A DNA stretch of 64,000 nt from NCBI RefSeq assembly GCF_006345805.1, contig NC_042999.1:157604001-157668000 (forward strand). The letters run 5' to 3'. Below, piece after piece: positions 12,900 through 24,185 of the stretch. This stretch comes from Octopus sinensis (Eukaryota). Numbering within the stretch: position 1 is the first letter of the stretch; every line of letters begins with the position of its first letter. The notes beneath the pieces are model-generated. The model made no database searches. It had not been told where the DNA came from and saw nothing but the letters and a program-made list of their open reading frames with translations. The position numbers and the translations under genes are program-made.

Positions 12900-13080
12900 A
12901 CTACACACTTTTTTTTCTTTCCTTGTTTCTCTCCTTTTTTCTGTGTCCTTTCTGTAGAAGAGCGTAGACTCGAAACGTAAAAGACTTTTTCTATTCCTGC
13001 GTGTTATACTAATAGATCTGTTTGTTTTGTACACCACCTGTCTTCGTCTTTTGTTGTTTTTTTCGTAAATTCTCCCTATA
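12900..13080 (+). mobile_element. Short PLE-derived repeat with inactive-looking hammerhead (12948-12983); related copy at ~30405-30520
   Basis: CTTT-CTGTAGA-a-GAGC...ACTC-GAAAC-GTA-AAAG (A6 mutated), ending at (TA)n. Confidence 0.55.
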
Positions 13081-13280
13081 TATATATATATATATATATA
13101 TATTTGAAAAAATGAATAGGAATGGTTTTCCTGGTAATTTGTCCGCTTATAAACATCTAATTATTAAAGTGGAAAAATTATTGGAAATGCCATTTTAAAT
13201 AATTTTATCAAATATATATAATACTGTACTAAGGACTTTCTATAACTCATTCTACTATATATATCTATATATATATATTA

Positions 13281-13351
<71 letters not shown>

Positions 13352-13387
13352 CATACATACATATATATATATATATGCATACATACA

Positions 13388-13423
<36 letters not shown>

Positions 13424-13989
13424 TATATATGATATATATATAATTGAAAATCAAGAGGAGAGTGGAGATTTATTCACATCCAAAACTTCTTCATTAAAAA
13501 GTTTTCTACTGCATGTTAGTTAGTTAGTTAGTTAATTTGGCTCAAAAGCAAATAGCAAGGCCATGTAGGGGGACATGGAGTTAAGTACAGGGTGGTGTTC
13601 ATATATAACAATGACCAACATATGTTTCCACTGCAGGAACTGCACATTGCTATGTATGCACTTATGCTTCCTAGTCGCTGCAATTTCATCAAGGGTCCAT
13701 CACTTACGACATTTTCAAAGAGAACCAATTCAAACAAGCTTTCTGCGTTGGTATTCAGTTGAAGGTTATAGTGTTACTTTTTAAATAGAATTGAACTCTG
13801 GTCTTATATTCACCTCTACATTTTGTACATTATTTATTTAAAGGTACTTCACTTATTTTGGATTTATACTTTCAATTAATATTATTACAATTATATTTAT
13901 TCGTATTATTTGCATAAATATCATTAATTATCATTATTATCATTTTAATTAGTATGATTACTATAGATGGTAAGTTATGTTTCTTTAAA

Positions 13990-14660
13990 TCGTTTAAACG
14001 TTCCTATCAAGTGTTTATGAGAGGAAATTTAGAAGTGAATATTTGGTACATTTCTTCCACATAAAAGTCACATCTTTTATCATCTATTTCTATAAGGTTT
14101 TGCTTTACTAATTATTTCCCAAGCGATCGAAAATACTTTGTTACTATTTTTTAGGCCCAAATCAACTTACTAAGGCTGGTAGTATTCATTCTGTCCCTAT
14201 TTCTAAATGAACTTAAATGATTGGCAATTCTCTGCTTAATAGAACATGAGCTAGCTCCTATAAAGAAATACTCTCTATTCTCTGAGGTAATCTTACATCT
14301 GTATACGATGTTTTTGTGCCTACAATTAGAGTTAAGCGGACAGACCCTGTTCCTTGCACAATCGCATTTTATAGTACTACTACTATTACTAATATTTGCT
14401 TCACCTACTCTAGATGTGATTTCTGTGTTCTCCTATCTCCTAATCTATCAGTCCTACAGAAAAAATTCTGAGTACTTTTGTTTTTAGGATTCACATCTAC
14501 TACTTCCAAATTAATTGTAGAGTTCCCTCGGGTCTCTACAATCTTGTTGATTGTCAAACCATAGTTCCTATCTTGATACCTAGTTGTGTTACTTATATAT
14601 GCATAAGTTTTTGATCTTGAAGCAGATAAACTGTAAATAACTGTGTGTATGTATTGGGTT
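13990..14660 (-). pseudogene. Degenerate Penelope-like (Naiad-type) GIY-YIG endonuclease region
   Basis: Minus-strand translation CARNRVCPLNSNCRHKNIVYRCKITSENREYFFIGASSCSIKQRIANHLSSFRNR...TTSLSKLIWA*, colinear with the EN of the element at 24186-24862. Confidence 0.7.
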
Positions 14661-14664
14661 TAAA

Positions 14665-15170
14665 AAACTGTCGTCTTATAAGTCTTGATAAGGAAGTTTT
14701 AACAATATTATTTTCTTCTTGAATTTATTTTTGTTTTGTTTTCTTAACAACCAATAGAATTTCATGGAACACTTGTATTAATTGCTCATCATCTTCAACT
14801 GAAATTATGACAAATACTGATTAAGTTATATAACCAATTTCTTTATAACCTTAAGTTGAAGTCTGTAAAATGCTCAAAATCCCTGAACAGCCATCAGTGA
14901 AATGATAAAGTCCCATGCTGAAGACAAGTACTGCATTTGATATTTTGATTTTATATTTAGTACAAACACAGTTTTTATCACTATCTCAAATTATCTTCAA
15001 GTGGTGTCTTTTGTCCTCCATGAGCTACAACTGAAAACGACAACAAATAAAAATGAAGAGGGAAAAGGTAAGAGAAGAGAAAGGAGAGAGTTCTTGGATA
15101 AACCAAAAATGAAAATGGATACACATAAAATAGTTTCTAAGACATCAACGACAGCTTCTGATAGTGGAAG
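14665..15170. repeat. Right arm of inverted duplication (empty-site copy)
   Basis: Reverse complement of 10240-11170 without the SINE; cut off at 15170 by another SINE A. Confidence 0.85.
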
Positions 15171-15480
15171 TCTTCTACTATAGCCTTGGGCTGACCAAAG
15201 CCTTGTGAGTGGATTGGGTAGACGGAAACTGAAAGAAGCCTGTCGTATATATATATATATATATATATAAATAAGTGTGCGTGTATATGTTTGTGTGTCT
15301 GTGTTTGTCCCCCCACCATCGCTTGACAACCGATGCTGGTGTTTATGTCCCCGTTACTTAGCGGTTCGGCAAAAGAGACTGATAGAATAAGTACTGGGCT
15401 TACAAAGAATAAGTCCCGGGGTCGAGTTGCTCGACTAAAGGCGGTGCTCCAGCATGGCCGCAGTCAAAATGACTGAAACA
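15171..15480 (+). mobile_element. SINE family A, 5'-truncated
   Basis: Starts at cttctactatagcc and runs to the gactgaaacaagt tail. Confidence 0.9.
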
Positions 15481-15534
15481 AGTGAAAAAAAAAAGAAAAA
15501 AAGACTAAATAATTTATCTCTTAATATATATATA

Positions 15535-15938
15535 CTAGCAGTATCGCCCGGCGTTGCTCGGGTTTGTAAGGGAAATAACTATATAAGCATTTTGAGAGAT
15601 GTAAAGTATAATAGCCATCTCAATATGGCTAACCACAAAGGGGGGGAAGGTGTTACTGTAGCTTTTTACGTTCTGAGATTTAATAATAAATTTTTAGAGA
15701 GTTACTTCCTTTATATATGCCAAAAATGCATTAAAATGGGAAAAATTGATGGTAAATTATTTTTAAAATCGTAGACTCATCGTAGACGCGCGCTAATACC
15801 CAGAAGGGCTCGATATGAATCACGACTATAAGATACCCTGTTTTGGTTAAACTGCACCGCAAAATGTGGGAGTAGTTAGGAATCTAAATCGGAGGAGACA
15901 GAGTCTCACACACACAACTTCAATTTCATATATAAAGA
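15535..15938 (-). mobile_element. Non-autonomous Helitron-like element
   Basis: Minus strand begins TC(TTTATATAT) and ends with hairpin CCCG...CGGG then CTAG, inserted at A|T. A second copy lies at 34848-35249. Confidence 0.75.
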
Positions 15939-15941
15939 TTT

Positions 15942-16160
15942 AAGGCAGTGAGCTGAGAGAATTGTTAGCACACCGGGCAAAATGCTTAACAATATTTCGT
16001 CTGTCTTTACACTCTGAGTTTAAATTCTGTCGAGGTCGGCTTTACTTTTCATCCTTTCGGAGTCGATAAATAAGTACCAGTTGAGCACAGGGGTCAAAGA
16101 AATTAACTTTGCCCCTTCTCCGAAATTGCTGGCCTCGTGTCAGAATTTGAAACCAATACT
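15942..16160 (+). mobile_element. SINE family B, alternative 3' tail
   Basis: Family B head and core; tail ...ccgaaattgctggcctcgtgtcagaatttgaaac, related to the tails at 41555 and 58785. Confidence 0.75.
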
Positions 16161-16514
16161 GTCTGGGTTCTTAAGGTGGCGAGCTGGAACCTCGAAGTGT
16201 TGTGTCCAGAAAGAAAAAGGAACTTTCTGAACTGGACAGCAAAGTTACAAATCGAGAAGAAAACTCATCAAAATATCAGAAACTGGACAACTACTTCACG
16301 TCCGTTAAGCACACAACCTCTGTTGTGCTAGAGGTAGTGTCATATGAAGACTTGCTACCTGCCTTCATCTTAAGAGATGGAAACGTTATACAGGCTGTTA
16401 GGGTTGCGCTAGAAGTGGATTTACCTTTTACTTTCTGCAGAATTTAGCAGCTCTAGTTATTAAACCAGCCTAATCATGCCGAAAAAGAAAAGATAAATCT
16501 CTTTACCGAGTCAT

Positions 16515-16948
16515 ATAAAGGATCTTTTCGGTGTGAACAGCAGTTTTTTCTAGCGGTGTCATATGAAATTGTCACCCATAATTATGACCCTAGTATCGAT
16601 CTATTGCATTTCAATCTGTTTTAGGGTTAGGGATAGGGTTAGGGGTGGGGGAAAGGATATCTTTTTTTCTTCACAAATGTAAATAAACCCAATCTGTTTC
16701 TTAAACGAGGCACATATTCATACGGCACAGAATGTTTTTTTACCTCAATAGACGTCAGTGATTGGTTGAAATTGCAGAAATTGAAGAAAAAACAACAACA
16801 AATATCTTACAAACTATAGAATTTTCTCAATATAGGCAAGAGAAAAAGATGTTTTATAAACATATTCTACCAGTATACGAAGTTAAAAATTTTTTAGTTA
16901 CCTAGAAATTATGTAAAAAACTGCCGTTCAAGCCGAAAAGATCCCATA
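16515..16948. mobile_element. MITE-like element with ~30-bp imperfect terminal inverted repeats
   Basis: Left ggatcttttcggtgtgaacagcagtttttt versus right reverse complement ggatcttttcggcttgaacggcagtttttt. Confidence 0.65.
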
Positions 16949-16951
16949 TAA

Positions 16952-17176
16952 ATTTATAGGGCCGGTTTCCCGGATTCTCTGGCGTATATACTCCCCATTG
17001 GACAGGACGCTGGTCCATCGCAGGAGTCCTCATTTTTACCAGTCGAATGGACTGAAGCGACGTGAAATGTAGTGATTTGCTCAAGAACTAAATGCATTGT
17101 CCTGTCCAGGATTCGAAACCACAATCTTACGATCATATGTCCAACACCCTAAACACTAAGTCACGCACCTCCACTG
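16952..17176 (-). mobile_element. tRNA-derived SINE family D
   Basis: Homologous to 40178-40425; carries a GCGATGGAC...GTCC core motif. Confidence 0.75.
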
Positions 17177-17915
17177 TGTTCTACAATGGGCGATGATAAA
17201 TTGTGTAGATTAGATTTATTTTTCATTGAAAGCCATTTAGCTATGGAAGTAGTTTTTGATAAAGTATTAGATTACTTTGCGAGAATGGAGTTTTGACAAA
17301 AGAGGCTGTTAAGAGTCGCTTCATACAATTTTTTTTCACATTGCTTTATTTTACTTTAATTTTGCACTTAAGTAAAATAATTAAATAACAAACCTTTGTA
17401 ATCTGATTTTAAATGCAATACAGATTTACGAGTTTACTGTAAAACTTCTTTTTGATATGTTTTGGTTTTAAATAGAAAATAACAATTACTTACCTGACTT
17501 TAAATACAAAACAATTATTCCTTAAAAGCTGTACATTCACAAAACAAAAGAATTTTTTTGTATCACTGTTGCATTGAAATTATTTTTTCTCCAATTTTTC
17601 TCTCATTGTTCTCACACCTCTTTTACTCTTCCTGAACTTTCATCTACTTCCATTTTTTCGCTCCCTTGCTCATGCCTTCCTTCCACGCTACAGTGTCTCA
17701 CAGACACACTCTTGCATCATCACTTCGACCACTTCCTCCACATTTCTCTAAACTTTCCTTCATCTCACACTCGCGCCCGGCTTCCACCTTCTTACTTCCA
17801 AGCTTTCTTCCCACACACACATTAACACCTCACACCTCAATTAACAAAGCACCGCTATACTTCCGCACTTGCACAACTCTCTCTCTCTCTCTCTCTCCAC
17901 ACACACACCAATACC

Positions 17916-18330
17916 TATTTCTTTATTACCCAGAAGGGGCTAAACACAGAGGGGACAAACAAGGACAGACATAGGTATTAAGTCGATTACATCGACCCCA
18001 GTGCGTACTGGTACGTAATTTTCGACCCCGAAAGGATGAAAGGCAAAGTCGACCTCGGCGGAATTTGAACTCAGAACGTAACGGCAGACACAATACCTAT
18101 TTCTTATTACCCAGAAGGGCTAAACACAGAGGGGACAAACAAGGACAGATATAGGTATTAAGTCGATTACATCGACCGCAGTGCGTATCTGGTACTTATT
18201 TTATCGACTCCGAAAGGATGAAGGGCAAAGTCGACTTCGGCGGAATTTGAACTCAGAACGTAACGCAGACAAAATACCGCTTAGCATTTCGACCGGCGTA
18301 CTAACGCTTCTGCCAGCTGACCACCTTATA
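17916..18330 (-). mobile_element. SINE family B dimer with 15-bp TSD
   Basis: One head plus two body/tail units. TSD acacacaccaatacc (17901-17915, 18340-18354). Confidence 0.9.
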
Positions 18331-18724
18331 CCACCTTATACACACACCAATACCATTTTCCTACTTACGCGAACCTCAAAACACGGATACACTCGTATAT
18401 GTGTAAACTCTGCCTCTCTTCTCTTCTTAACGACATAGAATCGCATTCCCACCTGACCCCTAACCTCTCGCCCAGTATTTTCCTTTTCTTTTTCGTTCTC
18501 AACCATTTCTCCCTTCCTTATTTCTTTTCTTCTGACGAAAGACCGACATCCAAAACCTTGAAATCATTTTTCTTCTTTCTTTCAAGCATCAAATCTAATA
18601 CATTTTTAAAATCTCCCCCACCCGTTTTGTCGTTTTCTTTGTTTTTGGTAATTTCCTTTCAAAAATACTACTTTAGTCACCCACACACGCATACACACAC
18701 ATATATATTGTACTGATATGTATG

Positions 18725-18785
<61 letters not shown>

Positions 18786-18970
18786 ATTAATCAATAAGGG
18801 TGGCAAGGAAAATTTGTAGAATTTTATTGCCACCAGCAATTACAGGGTAAATGTTTTTTTTTAATTTTCTCCTGTTTACGGAATTGATCTTTATTTGCGG
18901 TAGAAGCTTTGGCTGTTATTTCTAGTGGGTGATGGCCTATTATGGCCGTTCCTTAATTGTTAATATATAT

Positions 18971-19012
<42 letters not shown>

Positions 19013-19014
<2 letters not shown>

Positions 19015-19397
19015 AAAGTTGGTTTGTGAAAGCACGTGGTTGAATATATAGAAAATAGTAAAAAATGTGAAAAACTACAGAAGGCTTAAATGTTAAAAAT
19101 ATATATTTGCGTCAATATGTCTGAAGAATATTAAAAAATTTTTTCTCTTATAATGACAGTTTTGAAGAAAGACCGGTTTCGCATTTAGCTTATCAAATTT
19201 CTAACGACATTATGTTTATGTTGAATAGAGTTATCAACATAAACATAACGTCGTAAGAAATTTGAAAAGCTAAACGCGAAACCGGTCTTTCTTCAAAACT
19301 ATGTCATTTTAATATTCTTCAGACATATTGACGCAAATATATATTTTTTAACATTTAAGCCTCTGTAGTTTTTTTCACATTTTTTACTATTTTCTAT
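19013..19397. mobile_element. Fold-back element made of two inverted Penelope pseudo-LTRs, in (TA)n
   Basis: Palindrome centred at ~19229. Arms match the 3' pLTR at 26015-26200. Hammerhead variants at 19165-19203 (-) and 19255-19293 (+). Confidence 0.85.
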
Positions 19398-19434
19398 ATA
19401 TATATAATATATATATATATAATATATATATATA

Positions 19435-21249
19435 CTAGCTGAAGGTGACCCGCTCTACGCGCGGGTAAGAGTGGTGGTTTTACTCACTTTCTGTTGCTTC
19501 CTTTCAGCACGTAAAAAGCACCATCCGAACGTGGCCGATTGCAGCGCCGCCTTGACTTGCTTCTGTGCCCGTGGCACGTAAAAAGCATCAACCGATCGTT
19601 GCCGCACCGAGCCCCCTGGCACCTGTGCCGGCGGCACGAAAAATGCACCCACTACAATCACAGAGTGGTTGGCGTTAGGAAGGTCATCCACCTGTAGAAC
19701 ACTGCCCAGATCAGACTGAGCATGGTGCAGCCTCCTGGCTTCCCAACCCGTCACAACTGTCCAACCCGTGCTAGCACGGAAAACGGACGTTAAACGATGA
19801 TGATGATGATGATTCTCCGTCTTTGTTTCTCTCTCCTTCCTCTCTCACTTTCCCACTCTCTTACTTTTCTTTTCTCTCGGACCCTCCCTCGCTTTCTCTT
19901 ACTCTCTATTTTTATCTCTCTCTCTCCCATTTATAAACAACAGATCTTGAGTAAGTTGAGAAATAAAATATTTAGAAAGATCAATCATAAATATCAGGCA
20001 GTGGCAACGGAAAGGTCTGCTTCAAGGCAGACAGCAAAACGCTAACATTTAAAAGGGACAGACGAACTTGCGAGCTGAATAAAAATAATAAAATATTGGA
20101 AACCAAAGTTTGAAGGGATAGAATCTGAGGATAGTAGAGTCACCATGGCTGGCATTTCTTAACGACGGACAGCACCGTATTGACTTTTAAACGGCTGGCG
20201 TAAAATTTTGAACTTGATGTAAAAGAAAATTCGTAAACACCAAGTTTTTGAAGTGATTCTTTCTCACGACAGTAGACTCACCATGGCAAGCATTCAAAAC
20301 TTCTTTATCATGGACGGCAACACATTGACGATTAAAAGGCTGGCGCAACTTTTTTAGCTTGATGTAACAGAGAATTCCTAAACACCCGCTCCTTAAATTT
20401 TATCCCCTTCCAGCCCCATTTCACATTTTGGTTAATATAACCGATTTCATTCGGGTCTACTGGGGCCACATTTTATAAGATGAGGAATTTTGTCCTAAGG
20501 TGACGCCTTTCATTTGAGGAAAAAAATAGTTGTCATGCAAACTTGCCAGCACTTTTAACATAGGTATGCATATTTTCAGCTGAATCGACCGACTACGTAT
20601 GCACACATTATATATATATATATGTATATATGTGTGTGTGTGTGTTTGCACGCATTTATATACAATGTATACAAATGAGATATATATCTGTATAAATTAA
20701 TTAGAGATAAAACCACTAATAGGCAAATCAAACAGTGAAAAACCAAAAACAAAACATAAAAAAATATAATATAGAACATATATAAAATATAAATTTGAAA
20801 ATTTAAATTATTTAAATTGAAAATAAAAATTATAAAATTATTTATAATTTGTTTAAAATATATATAACTATGAAAAAGTATGAAAAGTTTAATATACATA
20901 AATACAGATATATACACTTTGTATATATACATTATATATACATATTTATATATAGAACACACACACACCACACATACATTATATATAATATTTATATATA
21001 GAACACACACACATAAATGAACGCAAGAATATCTGATCATAATATTTGTTCTCATGCTCGTGTGTTGTTGGTGACAGACAGATACATAAAGAACGCCGAT
21101 TTGAGGGAAGGTAGGAAACAGAGTGAGTGAAAAAGAGAGGAAATAGCGAGAGTGAGTTTAGGAAGATACATAAATAACGGGAGTGGACTTGTCAAAGTTA
21201 TAGTTAAGGGGAGTGAGAGGTAATGGAGGAAATAGCGTGAGTAGGAAGA
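19435..21249 (-). mobile_element. Helitron-like composite (3' hairpin+CTAG at 19435; TC starts at 19944 and 21249), containing a SINE 3' part at ~19520-19812
   Basis: cccgcgcgtagagcggg hairpin next to CTAG|T and an internal ~130-bp diverged duplication at 20140-20390. Boundaries uncertain. Confidence 0.4.
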
Positions 21250-21417
21250 TGGCCCCTAGCAACCACACCTTTTAAGATAGGATTCTAAGGTACCCGCGGG
21301 CATCGTCACCTCATTCTACATGTCCCTGTTAATTTTGGAGCGAATCGGACGGGATGCAGTGGCATTGAAAGCGATCCAGCGGTAAAAACGCATTTTCAGT
21401 TTATATATATATATATA

Positions 21418-21462
<45 letters not shown>

Positions 21463-21489
21463 CTGGTTTATATAGTCATTTGAAAAAAC

Positions 21490-21720
21490 ACAGAGAAAAG
21501 AAAAACAAATAAGCATGGGGACGTAGCACAAACAATGTATTAGTATGGTGCTCAGAGAAAGAAGAGAGTAGTTGTTTTACGTTTCGAGCATAGCTCTTCT
21601 TCGGAAAAGGAAAAACTGGAATGTCCAAAGGGAAAGAAGGAAGAAAGCGGGAAAAAAATCGCCAACAGTTCACACATGATGTTACATTTCTGAAGTGACC
21701 GGAAGTAGAAGGAGGAAGAG
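21490..21720 (-). mobile_element. Short PLE-derived repeat with hammerhead-like motif (21574-21608); related copies at ~43010-43200 (-), ~47640-47900 (-), ~58300-58470 (+)
   Basis: Shared TTT-C(C/T)GA(A/C)GA-A-GAGC-nnn-GCTC-GAAAC-GT(A/C)-AAAC motif and flanks. Confidence 0.6.
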
Positions 21721-21759
21721 AAAGTGCTGATATATATATATATATATATATAATATATA

Positions 21760-21803
<44 letters not shown>

Positions 21804-21839
21804 ATGAATGAATTATCCTTTGTTTACCGTTAACATGGA

Positions 21840-22560
21840 AAATTAAATAAACAGTTACCAGGGTAGCAAAATTCACGCAAGTAACAAAGATGTAGCGACC
21901 TATTCAAAGGTAGAAACTCCGGGTTAATGTGCAGTAATTTGTATAGTATAAGTAAATAAATGGAGTTGAACGCAGATGTCATTCAAATTCTTTTACTTTC
22001 GACATGTTTCGAAGACAACATTGGTTTTATTCCAAAGGAAGAAACAGTGTAAAATAATCTAATCTTCTCATCAGGAAAGAAAGAGAACCTATCTCAGCAA
22101 CAAGACATTATAACAATTTTGATGACTGCATAAATGATAAACAGAACGCTATTAAGTATCTTTAAAAAAACCGTTAGTAGATCCGACGTCAAAGGCAGAA
22201 CCTAGGAAGAGAAGTGGGTAAAGAAATAATAAGTAGAGAACAAATAAAGAGGGATATATTGGTTGAAAAAATGTTCAAAGGTTTGGAAGCAGATTTTTCT
22301 ATTGAAGTAAAGTGCAAGGTGAACTAAATGTTCAAACTATAAAGACTGGTAAAAATCACTTATATGAGCTAAAGGTATGTTTCTGCCAGTGTTAACATTT
22401 GTAAGATCGCTCTATAAGAGTGTTAACAAGGTGATTCTTAGAGAAGAGAATATGGAAGAGTTCAGAGTTGCAAATGTTACAAAATCCTTTGCCCTTGTCA
22501 TAAGGGAAAGATATGGACAGGATGAACCAATCTAACTTAAAATCCTTATTATTGTCTTTA
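21840..22560 (-). mobile_element. 3' end of a Naiad-type Penelope-like element (EN C-terminus relic plus pLTR)
   Basis: Minus-strand YDKGKGFCNICNSELFHILFSKNHLVN...YKC*HWQKH at ~22370-22510, followed by a T-rich UTR containing a canonical hammerhead. Confidence 0.65.
21996..22079 (-). ncRNA. Type I hammerhead ribozyme, canonical core, extended stem II
   Basis: CTTTC-CTGATGA-GAAGAT...GTCTTC-GAAAC-AT-GTC-GAAAG. 5-bp stem I, G10.1-C11.1, palindromic stem III ACATGT, GUC triplet. Confidence 0.8.
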
Positions 22561-22684
22561 AGATACCAAACCGATTTACTTATATGTATGTATGTATAAA
22601 AAATTATATTCTTCAGACATATTGACTCAAATATATATTTTTTAACCTTTTAAAACAAGCCTTCTGTAGTTTTTTCACTTTTTC

Positions 22685-22715
<31 letters not shown>

Positions 22716-22723
22716 ATATATAT

Positions 22724-22778
<55 letters not shown>

Positions 22779-22846
22779 GATGATTGATTCTATTCAGCTC
22801 ACGAGCTGTGGCCAGCTGGGGCACCGCCATTTAAACAGAAATGCCG

Positions 22847-22917
22847 TTCCCATGCCGGGAATCGACCCGGGCCGCCTGGGTGAAAGCCAGGAATCCTAAC
22901 CACTAGATCACATGGGA
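22847..22917 (-). tRNA. tRNA-Glu (anticodon TTC), 71 nt with 6-nt T-loop; possible pseudogene
   Basis: TCCCATG...CATGGGA-A acceptor stem, CCTGG-CTTTCAC-CCAGG anticodon arm, T-arm CCGGG-TCGATT-CCCGG (one T short). No T4 terminator in the next ~20 nt. Confidence 0.85.
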
Positions 22918-22963
22918 TGACAATATATATGTATATATATATATATATATATAATATTATTAT

Positions 22964-23003
<40 letters not shown>

Positions 23004-23036
23004 CTTTATTTTAAGCAGCAGAAAATTCAACAAAAT

Positions 23037-23074
23037 CTGTTACTTTGAGTTTCTCGTTGCCGTTCATCAGACAG
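23037..23074 (-). ncRNA. Degenerate minimal hammerhead motif
   Basis: CTGT-CTGATGA-ACG(gcaa)CGA-GAAAC-tcaaa-GTA-ACAG; the first stem II pair is mismatched. Confidence 0.5.
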
Positions 23075-24185
23075 TTTTTGCTAGAATGGAACCGATATAT
23101 CAATTCAATCTAGACTCTTACAAACGCTAACCTTTAAAAGAAATGGACTTGTTTGATTGGCCCTTTAGAAAAAAACGGTAAATCTTCGAGCGATAAACAA
23201 AAGGTCAAAATTATGTATAAATATATTTATATATATATAAAAAAACTTATAAAAATTATAAAATCCGAGGAAAAAACCTTACATTGAATAAAATACATAT
23301 TGACGTTAATGAAGAAAATATAAATTAATGCATAAAAATTAAACCTGTTATAAATATTACACTGCAATACATATTTATATTAAAATGTACATATATATAT
23401 CAACATACACAAAAGGATGCGCGCAAACGCCATACATATACAGACGTATGAATATAAATCTAAATATACACATAAATGCATGTGTACATATATTCACGCA
23501 AACCATCTCGCACGCAAGTTAAAAATCATCTATGTAGCGATTCTCATATACTGAGTAAGGGGGGGGGACGAAAGAAAGGAAGAGAGAAAAAGGAACGAAG
23601 GAGGGGTGGGGAAAAAAACGAAATAAGAAAAAATTATGTATACAAGCTGTGTAACGGCATTATTGGCATATATGGAGACAAGTATACAAACACAAGTTCG
23701 AATGGATGCATATACATACAGTCGTGTATATGTGTGCTTAAGCACAAACATACTCTCTCTTACACATACACAGATAGGCATGCTTACAAATACATATCCT
23801 TGGCTATACACATACTTATATCAACATTCTAATTTTGACAACATTGCTTTTTTAAAAAAACATTGCTTTTTTTAAAAAAAACATTGCTTTTTTTAAAAAA
23901 ATGGGTGCATTAATAAAAATATATACGAAAGACATATAAAATAAAATATAACACCCTATTTTGGATCATTTATAAATAATCAAGGTAATATAAATAATCA
24001 AGGTAATCCTATACAATACAATAACATGAAAACAAGGTCGAAGTTTTTCCTAATGTATATGTAGAAACATAAGACTTTGCTATACGGATTAAGATCCGCA
24101 TAGCTTGGAAACAAAATCCATCGTAGCGCTCATCGTTCAAGAGTCAAAATCAAGATTCAAAAATCAAAAATACAAAATATATACT

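Noticed and set aside
13729-13763. Hammerhead-like ttcaa-CTGAATA...GAAAGCTT-gtttgaa downstream of the PLE relic
   Set aside because: G8 and stem II are lost; too degenerate to call.
16202-16447. 81-aa ORF (RKKK...KLDNYF) resembling a hAT N-terminus or exon
   Set aside because: Too short; no catalytic motif or convincing splice sites.
24060-24145. Hairpin gctatgcgga-tcttaa-tccgtatagc in the PLE 2 3' UTR as a hammerhead or SECIS
   Set aside because: No CUGAnGA/GAAA pair and no SECIS AUGA-AA-GA geometry; no in-frame TGA at conserved Cys positions.
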